Assembly (NCBI GenBank): GCA_036676985.1
Contig: JAKFBU010000056.1
Coordinates: 160,001 to 224,000 of the forward strand
Reading direction: 5' to 3'
DNA length: 64,000 bases
From: Candidatus Sericytochromatia bacterium
GTDB taxonomy: Bacteria > Cyanobacteriota > Sericytochromatia > S15B-MN24 > UBA4093
Shown here: positions 19,273 to 28,175 of the stretch, one piece after another
How the letters are laid out: every line of letters begins with the position of its first letter
Position numbering within the stretch: the stretch's first letter is position 1
Program-made: the position numbers and the translations under genes
Notes under the pieces: generated by a model
The model's database searches: none
What the model saw: only the letters and a program-made list of their open reading frames with translations
Told to the model about the DNA's origin: nothing

Positions 19273-20529
19273 CTACGGCGTCAGCACCTCATCCGTCAGG
19301 TGAATCGCCTTGGACTGAACCTTCCACACCACATAGGTCCCGGACGTCACGTCCCCGTGGGCGTCCAGGTCCACCGGCCCCGAGGCCCCCTCGTAGTTCA
19401 CCGCCTGCCCGCTCTGCAACAGCGCGAGCCCCGCCTTGATCCCGTCCACGCCGGGCTTGACCGCCGTCCCCGACCCTGCCGACACGGCCTGGAGGTTGGC
19501 CTTGACGGCCTCGCGCGTGGCCGCCTGGCCCTTCTGCATGGCCATGGCGATGAGCATGGCCGCGTCGTACGCGTTGACCGCGTACGGCCCGGGCGGCAGG
19601 CGGAACCGTGCCTCGTAGTCCGCCGCGAACCGATCGTAGGTGGCGCCGCCGCTGTGGGGCGCCGTCCCGGTCTTGCCCTCGATCTTCGCCGCGTCCTTGA
19701 CGTTGACCACGAACGAGTCCGCCTTGAGCGCCTCGCTGAACAGCCACGGCATCTGCGGCTCCGAGCCGCTCGTGATCCAGTCGTTGTAGATCTGGCTGCC
19801 GGCTCCCGGATAAGCGATGAGGGCGATCGCGTCCGGCTTCTGGGCGAGCACGGGCGTGATCACGTCGTTGTACGACGACCGGGGCGTCGCCTCGTCGGGA
19901 TACGTCACCTGGACCGTGGTACAGCCCTCGTTGGCCTCGAAGGACTGCTTGAGGACCCCCGCCAGGCCATTGCCGTAGGTGTTGTTGACGTTGACGATGC
20001 CGAGCTTCTTGTAGCCGGCCTCGAAGGCGCGCTTGGCGATCGCCTTCCCTTGCAGGGCATCGGTCGGCACCGTCCGGAAGAAGAAGCCCTGGTGATCGAT
20101 CTTCGCCGGGTCGCTGAAGTCCGGCGAGGTCGAGCCCGGCGACACCATCACGCAGCCCTTGGGCATGGCCTCTTTCAGGAGGACCTCCTTGGTGACGCTG
20201 GACTGCACGTTGCCGATGAGGGCCACCACGCCCTGGTCGAGTAGCCTCGCCGCCTTGGGCAGGGCCTTCACGTTGTCCGACTGGTCGTCCGCCTTGAGCA
20301 GGGAGAGCTTCTTGCCGAGCACGCCGCCCGCGGCGTTGATCTGCTCGACGGCGAGCGTGGCGCCGTTGTAGACCGACTCGCCCTTCTCGGCGTTGGTGCC
20401 GGAGGCGGGGCCGATGACGCCGACCTTGATGGTCTCCTCGCCGGACGCGCCGAAGGTGCCCGGCGGCACTAGGAAGCAACCCGCCAATGAGAGGCTCGTG
20501 GCCGCGATGAGCGCGTAGAGCTGTCGCAT
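19273..20529 (-). CDS. LivJ/Peripla_BP_6-type substrate-binding lipoprotein
   Basis: Lipobox LAGC; AVEQINAAGGVLG, FFRTVPTD, NAYDAA; RBS GGAGG. Confidence 0.88.
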   Translation of the reverse strand: MRQLYALIAATSLSLAGCFLVPPGTFGASGEETIKVGVIGPASGTNAEKGESVYNGATLAVEQINAAGGVLGKKLSLLKADDQSDNVKALPKAARLLDQGVVALIGNVQSSVTKEVLLKEAMPKGCVMVSPGSTSPDFSDPAKIDHQGFFFRTVPTDALQGKAIAKRAFEAGYKKLGIVNVNNTYGNGLAGVLKQSFEANEGCTTVQVTYPDEATPRSSYNDVITPVLAQKPDAIALIAYPGAGSQIYNDWITSGSEPQMPWLFSEALKADSFVVNVKDAAKIEGKTGTAPHSGGATYDRFAADYEARFRLPPGPYAVNAYDAAMLIAMAMQKGQAATREAVKANLQAVSAGSGTAVKPGVDGIKAGLALLQSGQAVNYEGASGPVDLDAHGDVTSGTYVVWKVQSKAIHLTDEVLTP

Positions 20530-20540
20530 CCGCATCCCTC

Positions 20541-22643
20541 CTAGAAGCCCTGGCTGATCCGCAGCAAGAAGGTCCGACCGAGGCCCTGGTAGTCGACGCC
20601 ACCGTAGCCCGGCTGCGCATAGGTCGCATCGAAGACGTTGGCGACCTTGAAGCTGATGACGGCCTCCTTCTCGCCCAGGAGGTAGACGTCGCGGCTCGTC
20701 AGCGTCAGGTCCGTCACGAACGAGGGGGCGATCGCATAGGCCTCGTGACCGTTGACGGCGAAGTTCGCCTGGCTCGACGGCACCCAGTGGACGTAGCGCT
20801 CTTCGAGGAACCAATTGAGCGGCAAGGACCAGAGCCGTGCGCCGACGCCCGCGTTGACCATCCACGCCGGATAGGGCTCCGGCACGCCATCGGGATCGGG
20901 AAAGCCGCTCGCGAGCGTGGGCACGGTCGACTGCAAGGACGTGTTGAGCATGCCGTGCAGGAAGCTCCAGCGCCACTTGAGGCCCGTCTCGATGCCCGCC
21001 GAGTCCAGCTGGCCCAGGTTGACGGCGAACGGGTTGCCGTTCCGGGTGAAGAAGCTGACCTTGTCCGACACGTGCGTGTAGTAGATGCTGCTCGACAGGT
21101 CCAGGGCCCGGCTCGGCGCGTAGCTGATGGCGCCCTCGAGGGTGCTCGCGCGCTCCGGCTTGAGGTCCTCGTTGCCGAGGATGTCCCCGAACAGGAGCGG
21201 CTTGCCGTAGAGCTGAGGGGCCGACGGCGCCTTGAAGGACGTTCCGTAGAGCGCCTTGGCCGTCATGGACTCGTTGACCCGGTACACCAGGCCGAGACGC
21301 GAGCTCAGGTTGTTGCCGTAGACGTTGTGCACGTCGTTGCGGAGGTTCATCGTGACGCCGATGTCCTCGGTCGGGTAGTAGATGCCCTGGACGAAGCCGC
21401 CGAGGTTGTCGAGCTGGACCATGGCGCCGGGCTGACCGTCGGGCACCGTTTGCCCGGCGCGAGTCCCCGTGGTGAAGACGTCGAAGTAGCTGGGGAGCCG
21501 GTGAGTGGCCCGCGTCCAGTCCGCCCCGACCGTGAGCGTGTTGCGATCGTCCACCGACCACGTGAGGTCCGTGGAGACGTCCCAGCCCTCGGCGCTCAGC
21601 TTGCGCTGGATGTAGTAGTCCGTGCGGTCGATGCTGATCCGGTCGTCGGCGGTCGGCGCGCCATACGAGTAGGCGACCGCGCTCGACAGGCTGAAGGCGC
21701 TTCCCAGGGCCTGGCGGGCCTGGGTGCGCAGGTAGCGGTTGTCCTGCGAGATCCGGTTCTGATGCGTCAGGGGTTTCCAGTCCTGGAACTCGCCGCCGGC
21801 ATCCAGACGCTGGAAGGCACCGTCCACCGAGAGGTCCAGGCCATTGAGGGGGCGGAGGGCGAGCCGGCCGAAGAAGGAGCCCGGCGCGCTCAGGTCGTTG
21901 ACCGACTCGACCTTGCCTTCCTTGGTCAGAGCGGCGATGGACGGGCTCGTGCCGGGGACCTTGAGGCCGGAGCGATCGCCCCTGCCGAGCGACGCGCCCA
22001 ACGACAGGTCCATGGACGCGAGCTCCTGGGCCGTGCCGAGGGACAGCGCTCCGCTCTGCGAGGGCAAGGCGCCCCGCAGGCCCGCATTGGCCTCGAGCCG
22101 CGTGCCGTCCAGGTCCTCAGCGCGCTTGGTGACGACGTTGATGACGCCCAGGAAGGCGTCCGCGCCGTACAGGGCCGAGGCCGGACCACGGATGATCTCG
22201 ATCCGCTTGACCAGGTGAATCGGGATGAGCTCGGGTCCCAGCCAGTTGGACCCGTCCGGCCGGTAGGGAACGGGCTGGAGGTCGATCATGAGCTTGACGA
22301 TGCGGCTCCAGGAGCGCTGGCCGCTCGAGAGGCCGCGCACGCCCACGTTGGGCAAGAGCTGGTCGTCGACCACGTAGAAGCCGGGAACCGAGCGCAGCGC
22401 CTCGGCCACCGACGCATAGCCCCGCTCGCGGATCTCCTCGGCCGTGACGACCTCGACGACGGCGGGCGCCTCCTGGGTCGTCTGGTTGCGCTTGGTCGCG
22501 ATGCCGACCTGCGAGGTGTTGAACAACGCATCCAGGTCCAGCTCCTCGCCCACCTCCTGCGCATGCGCGGGGCCGCACAGCAAAGTGGCCGCGCAAAAGG
22601 CGGCCAGCGAACGGACGAACAGAGGGTGCGAGAGGTAGCTCAT
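20541..22643 (-). CDS. TonB-dependent outer-membrane receptor
   Basis: Signal peptide; plug motif RIEIIRGPASALYGADAFLGVINVVTK; LKPERA; C-terminal Phe. Confidence 0.92.
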   Translation of the reverse strand: MSYLSHPLFVRSLAAFCAATLLCGPAHAQEVGEELDLDALFNTSQVGIATKRNQTTQEAPAVVEVVTAEEIRERGYASVAEALRSVPGFYVVDDQLLPNVGVRGLSSGQRSWSRIVKLMIDLQPVPYRPDGSNWLGPELIPIHLVKRIEIIRGPASALYGADAFLGVINVVTKRAEDLDGTRLEANAGLRGALPSQSGALSLGTAQELASMDLSLGASLGRGDRSGLKVPGTSPSIAALTKEGKVESVNDLSAPGSFFGRLALRPLNGLDLSVDGAFQRLDAGGEFQDWKPLTHQNRISQDNRYLRTQARQALGSAFSLSSAVAYSYGAPTADDRISIDRTDYYIQRKLSAEGWDVSTDLTWSVDDRNTLTVGADWTRATHRLPSYFDVFTTGTRAGQTVPDGQPGAMVQLDNLGGFVQGIYYPTEDIGVTMNLRNDVHNVYGNNLSSRLGLVYRVNESMTAKALYGTSFKAPSAPQLYGKPLLFGDILGNEDLKPERASTLEGAISYAPSRALDLSSSIYYTHVSDKVSFFTRNGNPFAVNLGQLDSAGIETGLKWRWSFLHGMLNTSLQSTVPTLASGFPDPDGVPEPYPAWMVNAGVGARLWSLPLNWFLEERYVHWVPSSQANFAVNGHEAYAIAPSFVTDLTLTSRDVYLLGEKEAVISFKVANVFDATYAQPGYGGVDYQGLGRTFLLRISQGF

Positions 22644-22844
22644 GCGCGTTCCGAAGCAGGGCGACGATGCAGTTATACCCCCGGTCCATCAAACGGCACC
22701 ATGCCGACCGAGGATCATTGACGGTCTGTCGGTTTGAGCACGGGGGCCAGTGGTATAATCGCGTTAGCTTGGTCCTATCGTACGTTGCCAATGGGCTGCC
22801 GACCCAACGTCGAGCGCACCGGCCCGTTTGCAGGAAGGAGCCCT

Positions 22845-23342
22845 ATGCCGACCGCGGTTTCCTCTTACGGCGCCGAGATCACGTTCAGCCCCAAGTGGTG
22901 GAGCTACGTGAGTTCGACCCGCATCATGGTTTCGAGCTTCTGCAACGTGGCCCTGGCCAACGAGGACATCGCGGACAAGATCGCCATGACGGCCCAGGAG
23001 CTCTTGGAAAACGCGGTCAAGTACTCGGCCAACCCCGACGAGAACGTCGCCCTGCGCTTCTCCATCGACAACGACGAACGGATCTCGCTCGAGGTGACGA
23101 ACCACGCGAGCCCCGAGAGCATCGCCACCCTGCAGGATCAGCATGCCGAGATCAGCGAGGGTGACCCCTTGATGGCCTACCTCCAGAAGATGCAGCGCAT
23201 CGCCATGGATCCGGGCGCCGAGGGCAGCCAGCTCGGTCTGGCGCGCATCCGCTACGAGACCGGCAACGAGCTCCAGCTCCGGATCGACGGCGACAAGGTC
23301 ACCGTGCGGGTCGAGTTCAACCTCAACAAGGCGGCAGAGTAA
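22845..23342 (+). CDS. Stand-alone GHKL Ser/Thr kinase (SiaB/RsbW-like)
   Basis: N-box ELLENAVKYS, G2-like GSQLGLARI; AAGGAG RBS. Confidence 0.75.
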   Translation: MPTAVSSYGAEITFSPKWWSYVSSTRIMVSSFCNVALANEDIADKIAMTAQELLENAVKYSANPDENVALRFSIDNDERISLEVTNHASPESIATLQDQHAEISEGDPLMAYLQKMQRIAMDPGAEGSQLGLARIRYETGNELQLRIDGDKVTVRVEFNLNKAAE

Positions 23343-23728
23343 TGAGCAAGTTCGCAACCCTCGGCTTCAAGAACGACAAGGTCCAGATCTCCGTCGACGA
23401 GCGCGACGGCGGCATGATCATCAAGTTCAAGGGCAACATCGACGACGCCAACCCCGGCGCTTTCCTGGACCCGGCCCTGGAGGACATCCACCAGCAGGTG
23501 CTTGCGCACAAGCTGGGCGAGGTGGACGCGGACTTCACGGAGCTCTCCTTCCTCAACTCGAGCGGCATCAAGAGCCTGATCAAGTGGATCATGCGCCAGA
23601 CCGAGCTGCCCGAGGGCCAGAAGTACAAGATCAAGTTCCTCTACTCCAGCCGCATCACCTGGCAGCAGACCAGCCTCAAGGCCCTCACCTACCTGGCTCC
23701 CAAGACGGTCGTCGCCGTACCGGTATAA
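23342..23728 (+). CDS. STAS/SiaC-like phospho-acceptor protein
   Basis: DFTELSFLNSSGIKSLIKWI; TAATG coupling to the kinase. Confidence 0.72.
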   Translation: MSKFATLGFKNDKVQISVDERDGGMIIKFKGNIDDANPGAFLDPALEDIHQQVLAHKLGEVDADFTELSFLNSSGIKSLIKWIMRQTELPEGQKYKIKFLYSSRITWQQTSLKALTYLAPKTVVAVPV

Positions 23729-23731
23729 GCA

Positions 23732-25429
23732 GTGGATCAAGAAAAGGTCTTCTCCGCCCTCCAAGACTCCGCCCCCCCGGAAGGTTCGACGGGGTCGCCC
23801 GACTATGCGGCCGTCGCCAACGGGTTCAAGGCCATCAGCGAGGCCAAGACGACGGATGACATGCCGTTCGCCCTGCTGATGCAGGCCATCGGCCTCGTGG
23901 GTGCCGCGCACGGCGCCATCGTGGACCGCGAGGGCAACGTCACGGCCGCCATTCCCTTCGGCACGAGCTCCAACCTGCCCCTCAAGGATCCCGCCATCTG
24001 GGAGCGCGAGATGGGCCAGGTCCACACCCTGCCCGTGACGGGCGGCCGGGTGCACACCGCCCTGCGCTTCGCCCTCAAGGCCGACGATGACCTCGCCATG
24101 GTGCTCGCGAGCCCCTCGGGCGCCTTCATTGCCCCTGAGCGCCTCTTCGCCATCCAGCTGTTGGCAAGCTTCGCCAACAGCCGCGCGCAGTACCTGCTCG
24201 CGCGCCAGGAGGCCGACGAGGCCCAGACCCAGGCCAAGGAAGCCCACGAGCAGCAGATGGAGATGGCGCTCCGGCTCTACGACCTCTACGAAGAGGCTCA
24301 GAACCAGGCCATCACCGACGGCCTCACGGGCCTCGCCACCCACGCCTTCTTCCAGCAGCGGCTCGCCCAGGAAATGAGCGAGAGCTTCCGGTACCACCAC
24401 CCGCTCAGCTTCATCATCTTCGACCTGGACCACTTCAAGCCCATCAACGACACCTACGGCCACCAGGCGGGAGACATCGTGCTGCGCGAGTCCGCCGCCA
24501 TGCTCAAGGCCAAGGTGCGGACCTCGGACCTGGTCGCGCGCTACGGTGGCGAGGAGTTCGCCATCATCCTGCCGCAGACCACCGAGGACGACGCCTACAA
24601 CCTGGCCGAGCGCCTGCGCATCGAGCTCGAGCAGATGGAGTTCCAGGTCAACGCGGACCGTAAGCTCAAGGTAACGGCGAGCATTGGTCTGGCGAGCCGG
24701 GGCGAGAACGATGCCACCCCCAAGGAGCTCATCAAGCGCGCCGACATGGCCCTCTACGCCGCCAAGAACGGCGGCCGCAACCGGGTCGTGCGCGCCCAGG
24801 GCCCGGCCGCCGAGGCCGTGAACGCCATCGGCGCCCCCCGCAAGGGCTCGCAGGAGATGTTCCTAGCGCTCGCGCGCGCCCTGTCCGCGGCCATCGAGGC
24901 CCGCAGTCCGATGCTGCACGGCCACTCGGAGGCCGTGGGCGAGCTCGCCCTGCGCATGGGCAAGGCGCTCGGCCTCCATCCGGACAAGCAAGAGGCCCTG
25001 ATGATTGCCGGCATGCTGCACGACGTGGGCATGCTCGCCGTCCCCGAGGCCGTCATCCTCAAGCCCTCGGCCCTGAACGACGAGGAATGGGCCCAGATGA
25101 AGGCGCACCCCCAGGCGGGTGTGGCCATCCTCTCGCGCTTCAGCACGTTTGCGGGCCTGCGCGAGGCCGTGCTCTATCACCACGAGCGCTGGGACGGCAA
25201 GGGCTATCCCGAGGGCCTCAAGGGCGAAGGCATCCCCATGGGGGCGCGCATCCTCGCGGTGTGCGACGCCTATGACGCCATGATCCGCGGCGACTACGCC
25301 TACGGCATGGGCGTGCCCGAGAAGGAAGCCGCCGCGGAGATCAAGCGCTGCGCGGGCACCCAGTTCGACCCGCAGCTCGTCGACCTGTTCCTCGGCGTCC
25401 TGTCGGGCATGGGCCAGCAGGGAGCCTAG
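23732..25429 (+). CDS. GAF-like + GGDEF + HD-GYP c-di-GMP enzyme
   Basis: RTSD/GGEEF; HDVG and HHERWDGKGYPEGL. Confidence 0.92.
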   Translation: MDQEKVFSALQDSAPPEGSTGSPDYAAVANGFKAISEAKTTDDMPFALLMQAIGLVGAAHGAIVDREGNVTAAIPFGTSSNLPLKDPAIWEREMGQVHTLPVTGGRVHTALRFALKADDDLAMVLASPSGAFIAPERLFAIQLLASFANSRAQYLLARQEADEAQTQAKEAHEQQMEMALRLYDLYEEAQNQAITDGLTGLATHAFFQQRLAQEMSESFRYHHPLSFIIFDLDHFKPINDTYGHQAGDIVLRESAAMLKAKVRTSDLVARYGGEEFAIILPQTTEDDAYNLAERLRIELEQMEFQVNADRKLKVTASIGLASRGENDATPKELIKRADMALYAAKNGGRNRVVRAQGPAAEAVNAIGAPRKGSQEMFLALARALSAAIEARSPMLHGHSEAVGELALRMGKALGLHPDKQEALMIAGMLHDVGMLAVPEAVILKPSALNDEEWAQMKAHPQAGVAILSRFSTFAGLREAVLYHHERWDGKGYPEGLKGEGIPMGARILAVCDAYDAMIRGDYAYGMGVPEKEAAAEIKRCAGTQFDPQLVDLFLGVLSGMGQQGA

Positions 25430-25432
25430 GGA

Positions 25433-27982
25433 ATGGCGGGTCCCGTCGATCCCGGCATGGGCGATCGCCCGCGCCGCAAGCGCAAGAAGAAGCCGCAGCT
25501 GGGACCGAACGGCAAGCCCCTCAAGCGCAAGAAGAAGAAAACGAAGCAGGGGGGAAGCCTCGCGGCCCCCTTGCTCGCGGCGTTCGGCGCCGCCAAGCTG
25601 AACCCGGCCGAGTTCGCGGCCAAGTTCCGCACCAAGAAGGAACGAAAGACCGACGACCTGCGCGGCACGCTGATGCTCGGCTTCGCGGTGCTCGCCATCC
25701 TGCCCATGTTGGTCGCCGTGGTACTCATGACGCGGATCGCGGAGCAGGGCATCGTCGTCTCCACCGACGAGCTGGCGCGCATCAGCCGGGATACCCTCTC
25801 GGAGACCTCGGGCAAGATTGGCGAGCTCTCCAAGTACCAGATCGACAGCACGGGCGAGCAGCTCACGGACATGGGCTCCAAGGCCGTCCGTGACACGGCC
25901 CAGGCCCTCATCACCACCTCGGAGCAGCGCTTCAAGGACGCCAACCAGCAGCTCATCGAGCAGGGTGCAAAGTCCAACCAGGCCCTCTCGGAGCAGCTGG
26001 TCAAGGAGAGCAAGGACGCCACGCGCGAGCTGGCTCGCAGCCTCATCAAGGTGAGCGAGGAGTCCAACCGCGAGCTGTCCCGGTCCACGGCCAAGCAGGC
26101 CGAACAGACCATCGTGCAGCTGGCCGATCGGCTGGTCGAGCAGGCCAACCGCAACACCAGCGCCATCAGCACCTACATCGTCGCGCAGAACAAGGAATCG
26201 GCGAAGCGCCTGAGCGAGCGCATGCTCAAGGACGTCGAGCGCGAGCCCGTCGTCAACTTCAAGACGCTCGCGAGCATCTTCGCCCAGGGCATCGCGACCA
26301 ACAAGGTGGCCCCGATCCGGGACGGCTACCTCGCCGTCGTCGATCCGCGCGGCCGGGTGCTCGCGAGCACCAAGTACAAGAAGGGCACCTCCGTCCGCCA
26401 CCTGGAGATCATCCAGCGGGCGCTCGGCAAGGAGACGTCCGAGGACAGCCTCATCCGGTTCAAGGACGGCAATGACCAGTACCTGGGCGTCTTCGCCCGT
26501 CGTGACGACGGGGGGGCCGTCGTGTTCGCCTACCTCGCGGACCGCGCGAGGGTCGACACGGACCGGATGAAGGACGACGTCCAAAACACGCTCAACCAGA
26601 TGGGCAGCGACTCGTCGCGCTACGTCATCCAGAGCATGGAGGACGCTCGCCCGCTCATGCGCGCGCAGGCCACCAAGCTCTCCAAGCAGTCCATCGGCAA
26701 GATCCAGGCCACGAGCGCGGCCCTCAGCGCCAAGACCTCCAAGCGGATGCAGACGCAGGCGGACATCGTCTCGGCCCGGGCGGTCGCGCGCATGACCGAG
26801 CGCTCGGAGGCGGTGGCGGCCGAGACGGCCGAGGCCATCAAGCAGCGCTCCGAGGAGATCGCAACCCATGCCCTGGAGGCCATGCGCCCCATCGGCAAGG
26901 AGTATGCCGCCAAGGCGGAGGCCGCCATGCGGGCCGAAGCCGAGAAGGCCGTCATGGAGACCGCCGAGATCGTGCCCCAGGCGGCCGAGGCGGCGAGCCA
27001 GAAGGCCACGGCCCAGATGGCTCCCGAGGCCCGCCGCCTGGCGGACCGCGCCAAGCAGCAGATGTGGCTGGTCGCAGGCATCCTGCTGGTGCTCGAGATC
27101 ATCCTGGCCATCGTGGCGAGCCTCCTCATGTCCGGCCGCATCGCGGCCCCCATCATCACCGAACAGCAGAAGGCGCGCGAGGAGAAGGAGCGGCTCGGCC
27201 GCGAGATGGAGATCGCCTCCAAGATCCAGACCTGCTTGCTGCCGCCGGTGCCGGAGCTCAAGGACTTCGACGTGGCGGTGTCCATGGTGCCGGCCGAGGA
27301 GGTGGGCGGCGACTTTGTCGACCTGTTGCCGGACGCGGAGCCCGGGGCCTTCTGGATGGGCATCGGCGACGTGACGGGCCACGGCCTCACGCCGGGCCTC
27401 ATCATGATGATGGCGCAGAGCGTGTTCAATTCGCTGGCGCGCACGCCGGACATGACGCCCAAGGCTCTCTACGACGGCATGAACCGGGTGCTGTACCAGA
27501 ACATCAAGGACCGGCTCAAGACCTCGGATCACATGACCATGTCCATCCTCAAGCACGAGCCGGACGGGACGTTCGTGCACTGCGGCTCGCACCTGGACAT
27601 CCTGGTGTACCGGGCGGAGACGCGCGAGGTCGAGCGGCTGGTGACGGACGGTCCCTGGGTGGGGATGCTGCCCGAGTGCGAGGACTTCACGACGGAGATC
27701 ACGTTCAACCTGGGCGAGAACGACGTGTTGCTGCTGTACACGGACGGCCTCATCGAGGTTCAGAACGCGCAGCAGGAGCAGTGGGACATGGACCGCCTCT
27801 GCGAGTCCCTGGCGCGCCACGCGCACCTGGGCGCGCGCGAGATCCAGGCCAAGGTGCTGGCGGACAGCCTGCACTGGGCGAACAAGGTGCTGGACGACAT
27901 CTCCATGCTCGTCGTGAAGCGCAGCGCCATCGAGCTCACCTCGACCGTGCCCCAGGCGGACGTTGAGCCGGTCGTGGTCTAG
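25433..27982 (+). CDS. Membrane PP2C/SpoIIE phosphatase (SiaA-like) with long periplasmic stalk and Cache-like domain
   Basis: Two TMs; GGDFVD, DVTGHG, YTDGL, DD motifs. Confidence 0.9.
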   Translation: MAGPVDPGMGDRPRRKRKKKPQLGPNGKPLKRKKKKTKQGGSLAAPLLAAFGAAKLNPAEFAAKFRTKKERKTDDLRGTLMLGFAVLAILPMLVAVVLMTRIAEQGIVVSTDELARISRDTLSETSGKIGELSKYQIDSTGEQLTDMGSKAVRDTAQALITTSEQRFKDANQQLIEQGAKSNQALSEQLVKESKDATRELARSLIKVSEESNRELSRSTAKQAEQTIVQLADRLVEQANRNTSAISTYIVAQNKESAKRLSERMLKDVEREPVVNFKTLASIFAQGIATNKVAPIRDGYLAVVDPRGRVLASTKYKKGTSVRHLEIIQRALGKETSEDSLIRFKDGNDQYLGVFARRDDGGAVVFAYLADRARVDTDRMKDDVQNTLNQMGSDSSRYVIQSMEDARPLMRAQATKLSKQSIGKIQATSAALSAKTSKRMQTQADIVSARAVARMTERSEAVAAETAEAIKQRSEEIATHALEAMRPIGKEYAAKAEAAMRAEAEKAVMETAEIVPQAAEAASQKATAQMAPEARRLADRAKQQMWLVAGILLVLEIILAIVASLLMSGRIAAPIITEQQKAREEKERLGREMEIASKIQTCLLPPVPELKDFDVAVSMVPAEEVGGDFVDLLPDAEPGAFWMGIGDVTGHGLTPGLIMMMAQSVFNSLARTPDMTPKALYDGMNRVLYQNIKDRLKTSDHMTMSILKHEPDGTFVHCGSHLDILVYRAETREVERLVTDGPWVGMLPECEDFTTEITFNLGENDVLLLYTDGLIEVQNAQQEQWDMDRLCESLARHAHLGAREIQAKVLADSLHWANKVLDDISMLVVKRSAIELTSTVPQADVEPVVV

Positions 27983-28032
27983 GGCTTCTTCCGCCTTTTC
28001 TTGATATAGAGCGGCTTTCTACCTTATTTGGC

Positions 28033-28170
28033 AACGGATCTCCCCCCCCATCCCCCCCTGCTAGGGGGGGCATGGCCGGTCGTAGGTCGCGATGGGCCGG
28101 GCCTCCATGCCTGCGCAGCAGGCAAAAAGAAAGCCCCCCCTAGCAGGGGGGGTGGGGGGGTAGAACGAGT
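28033..28170. repeat. Paired-palindrome element, copy 2
   Basis: Same arms and flanks (AACGGATCT ... GGTAGA(A/C)CGAGT) as copy 1, different spacer. Confidence 0.75.
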
Positions 28171-28175
28171 CGGCC

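Noticed and set aside
20530-21561. Apparent N-terminal extension giving a 762-aa binding protein
   Set aside because: Overlaps the TonB receptor out of frame; RBS and lipobox place the start at 20529
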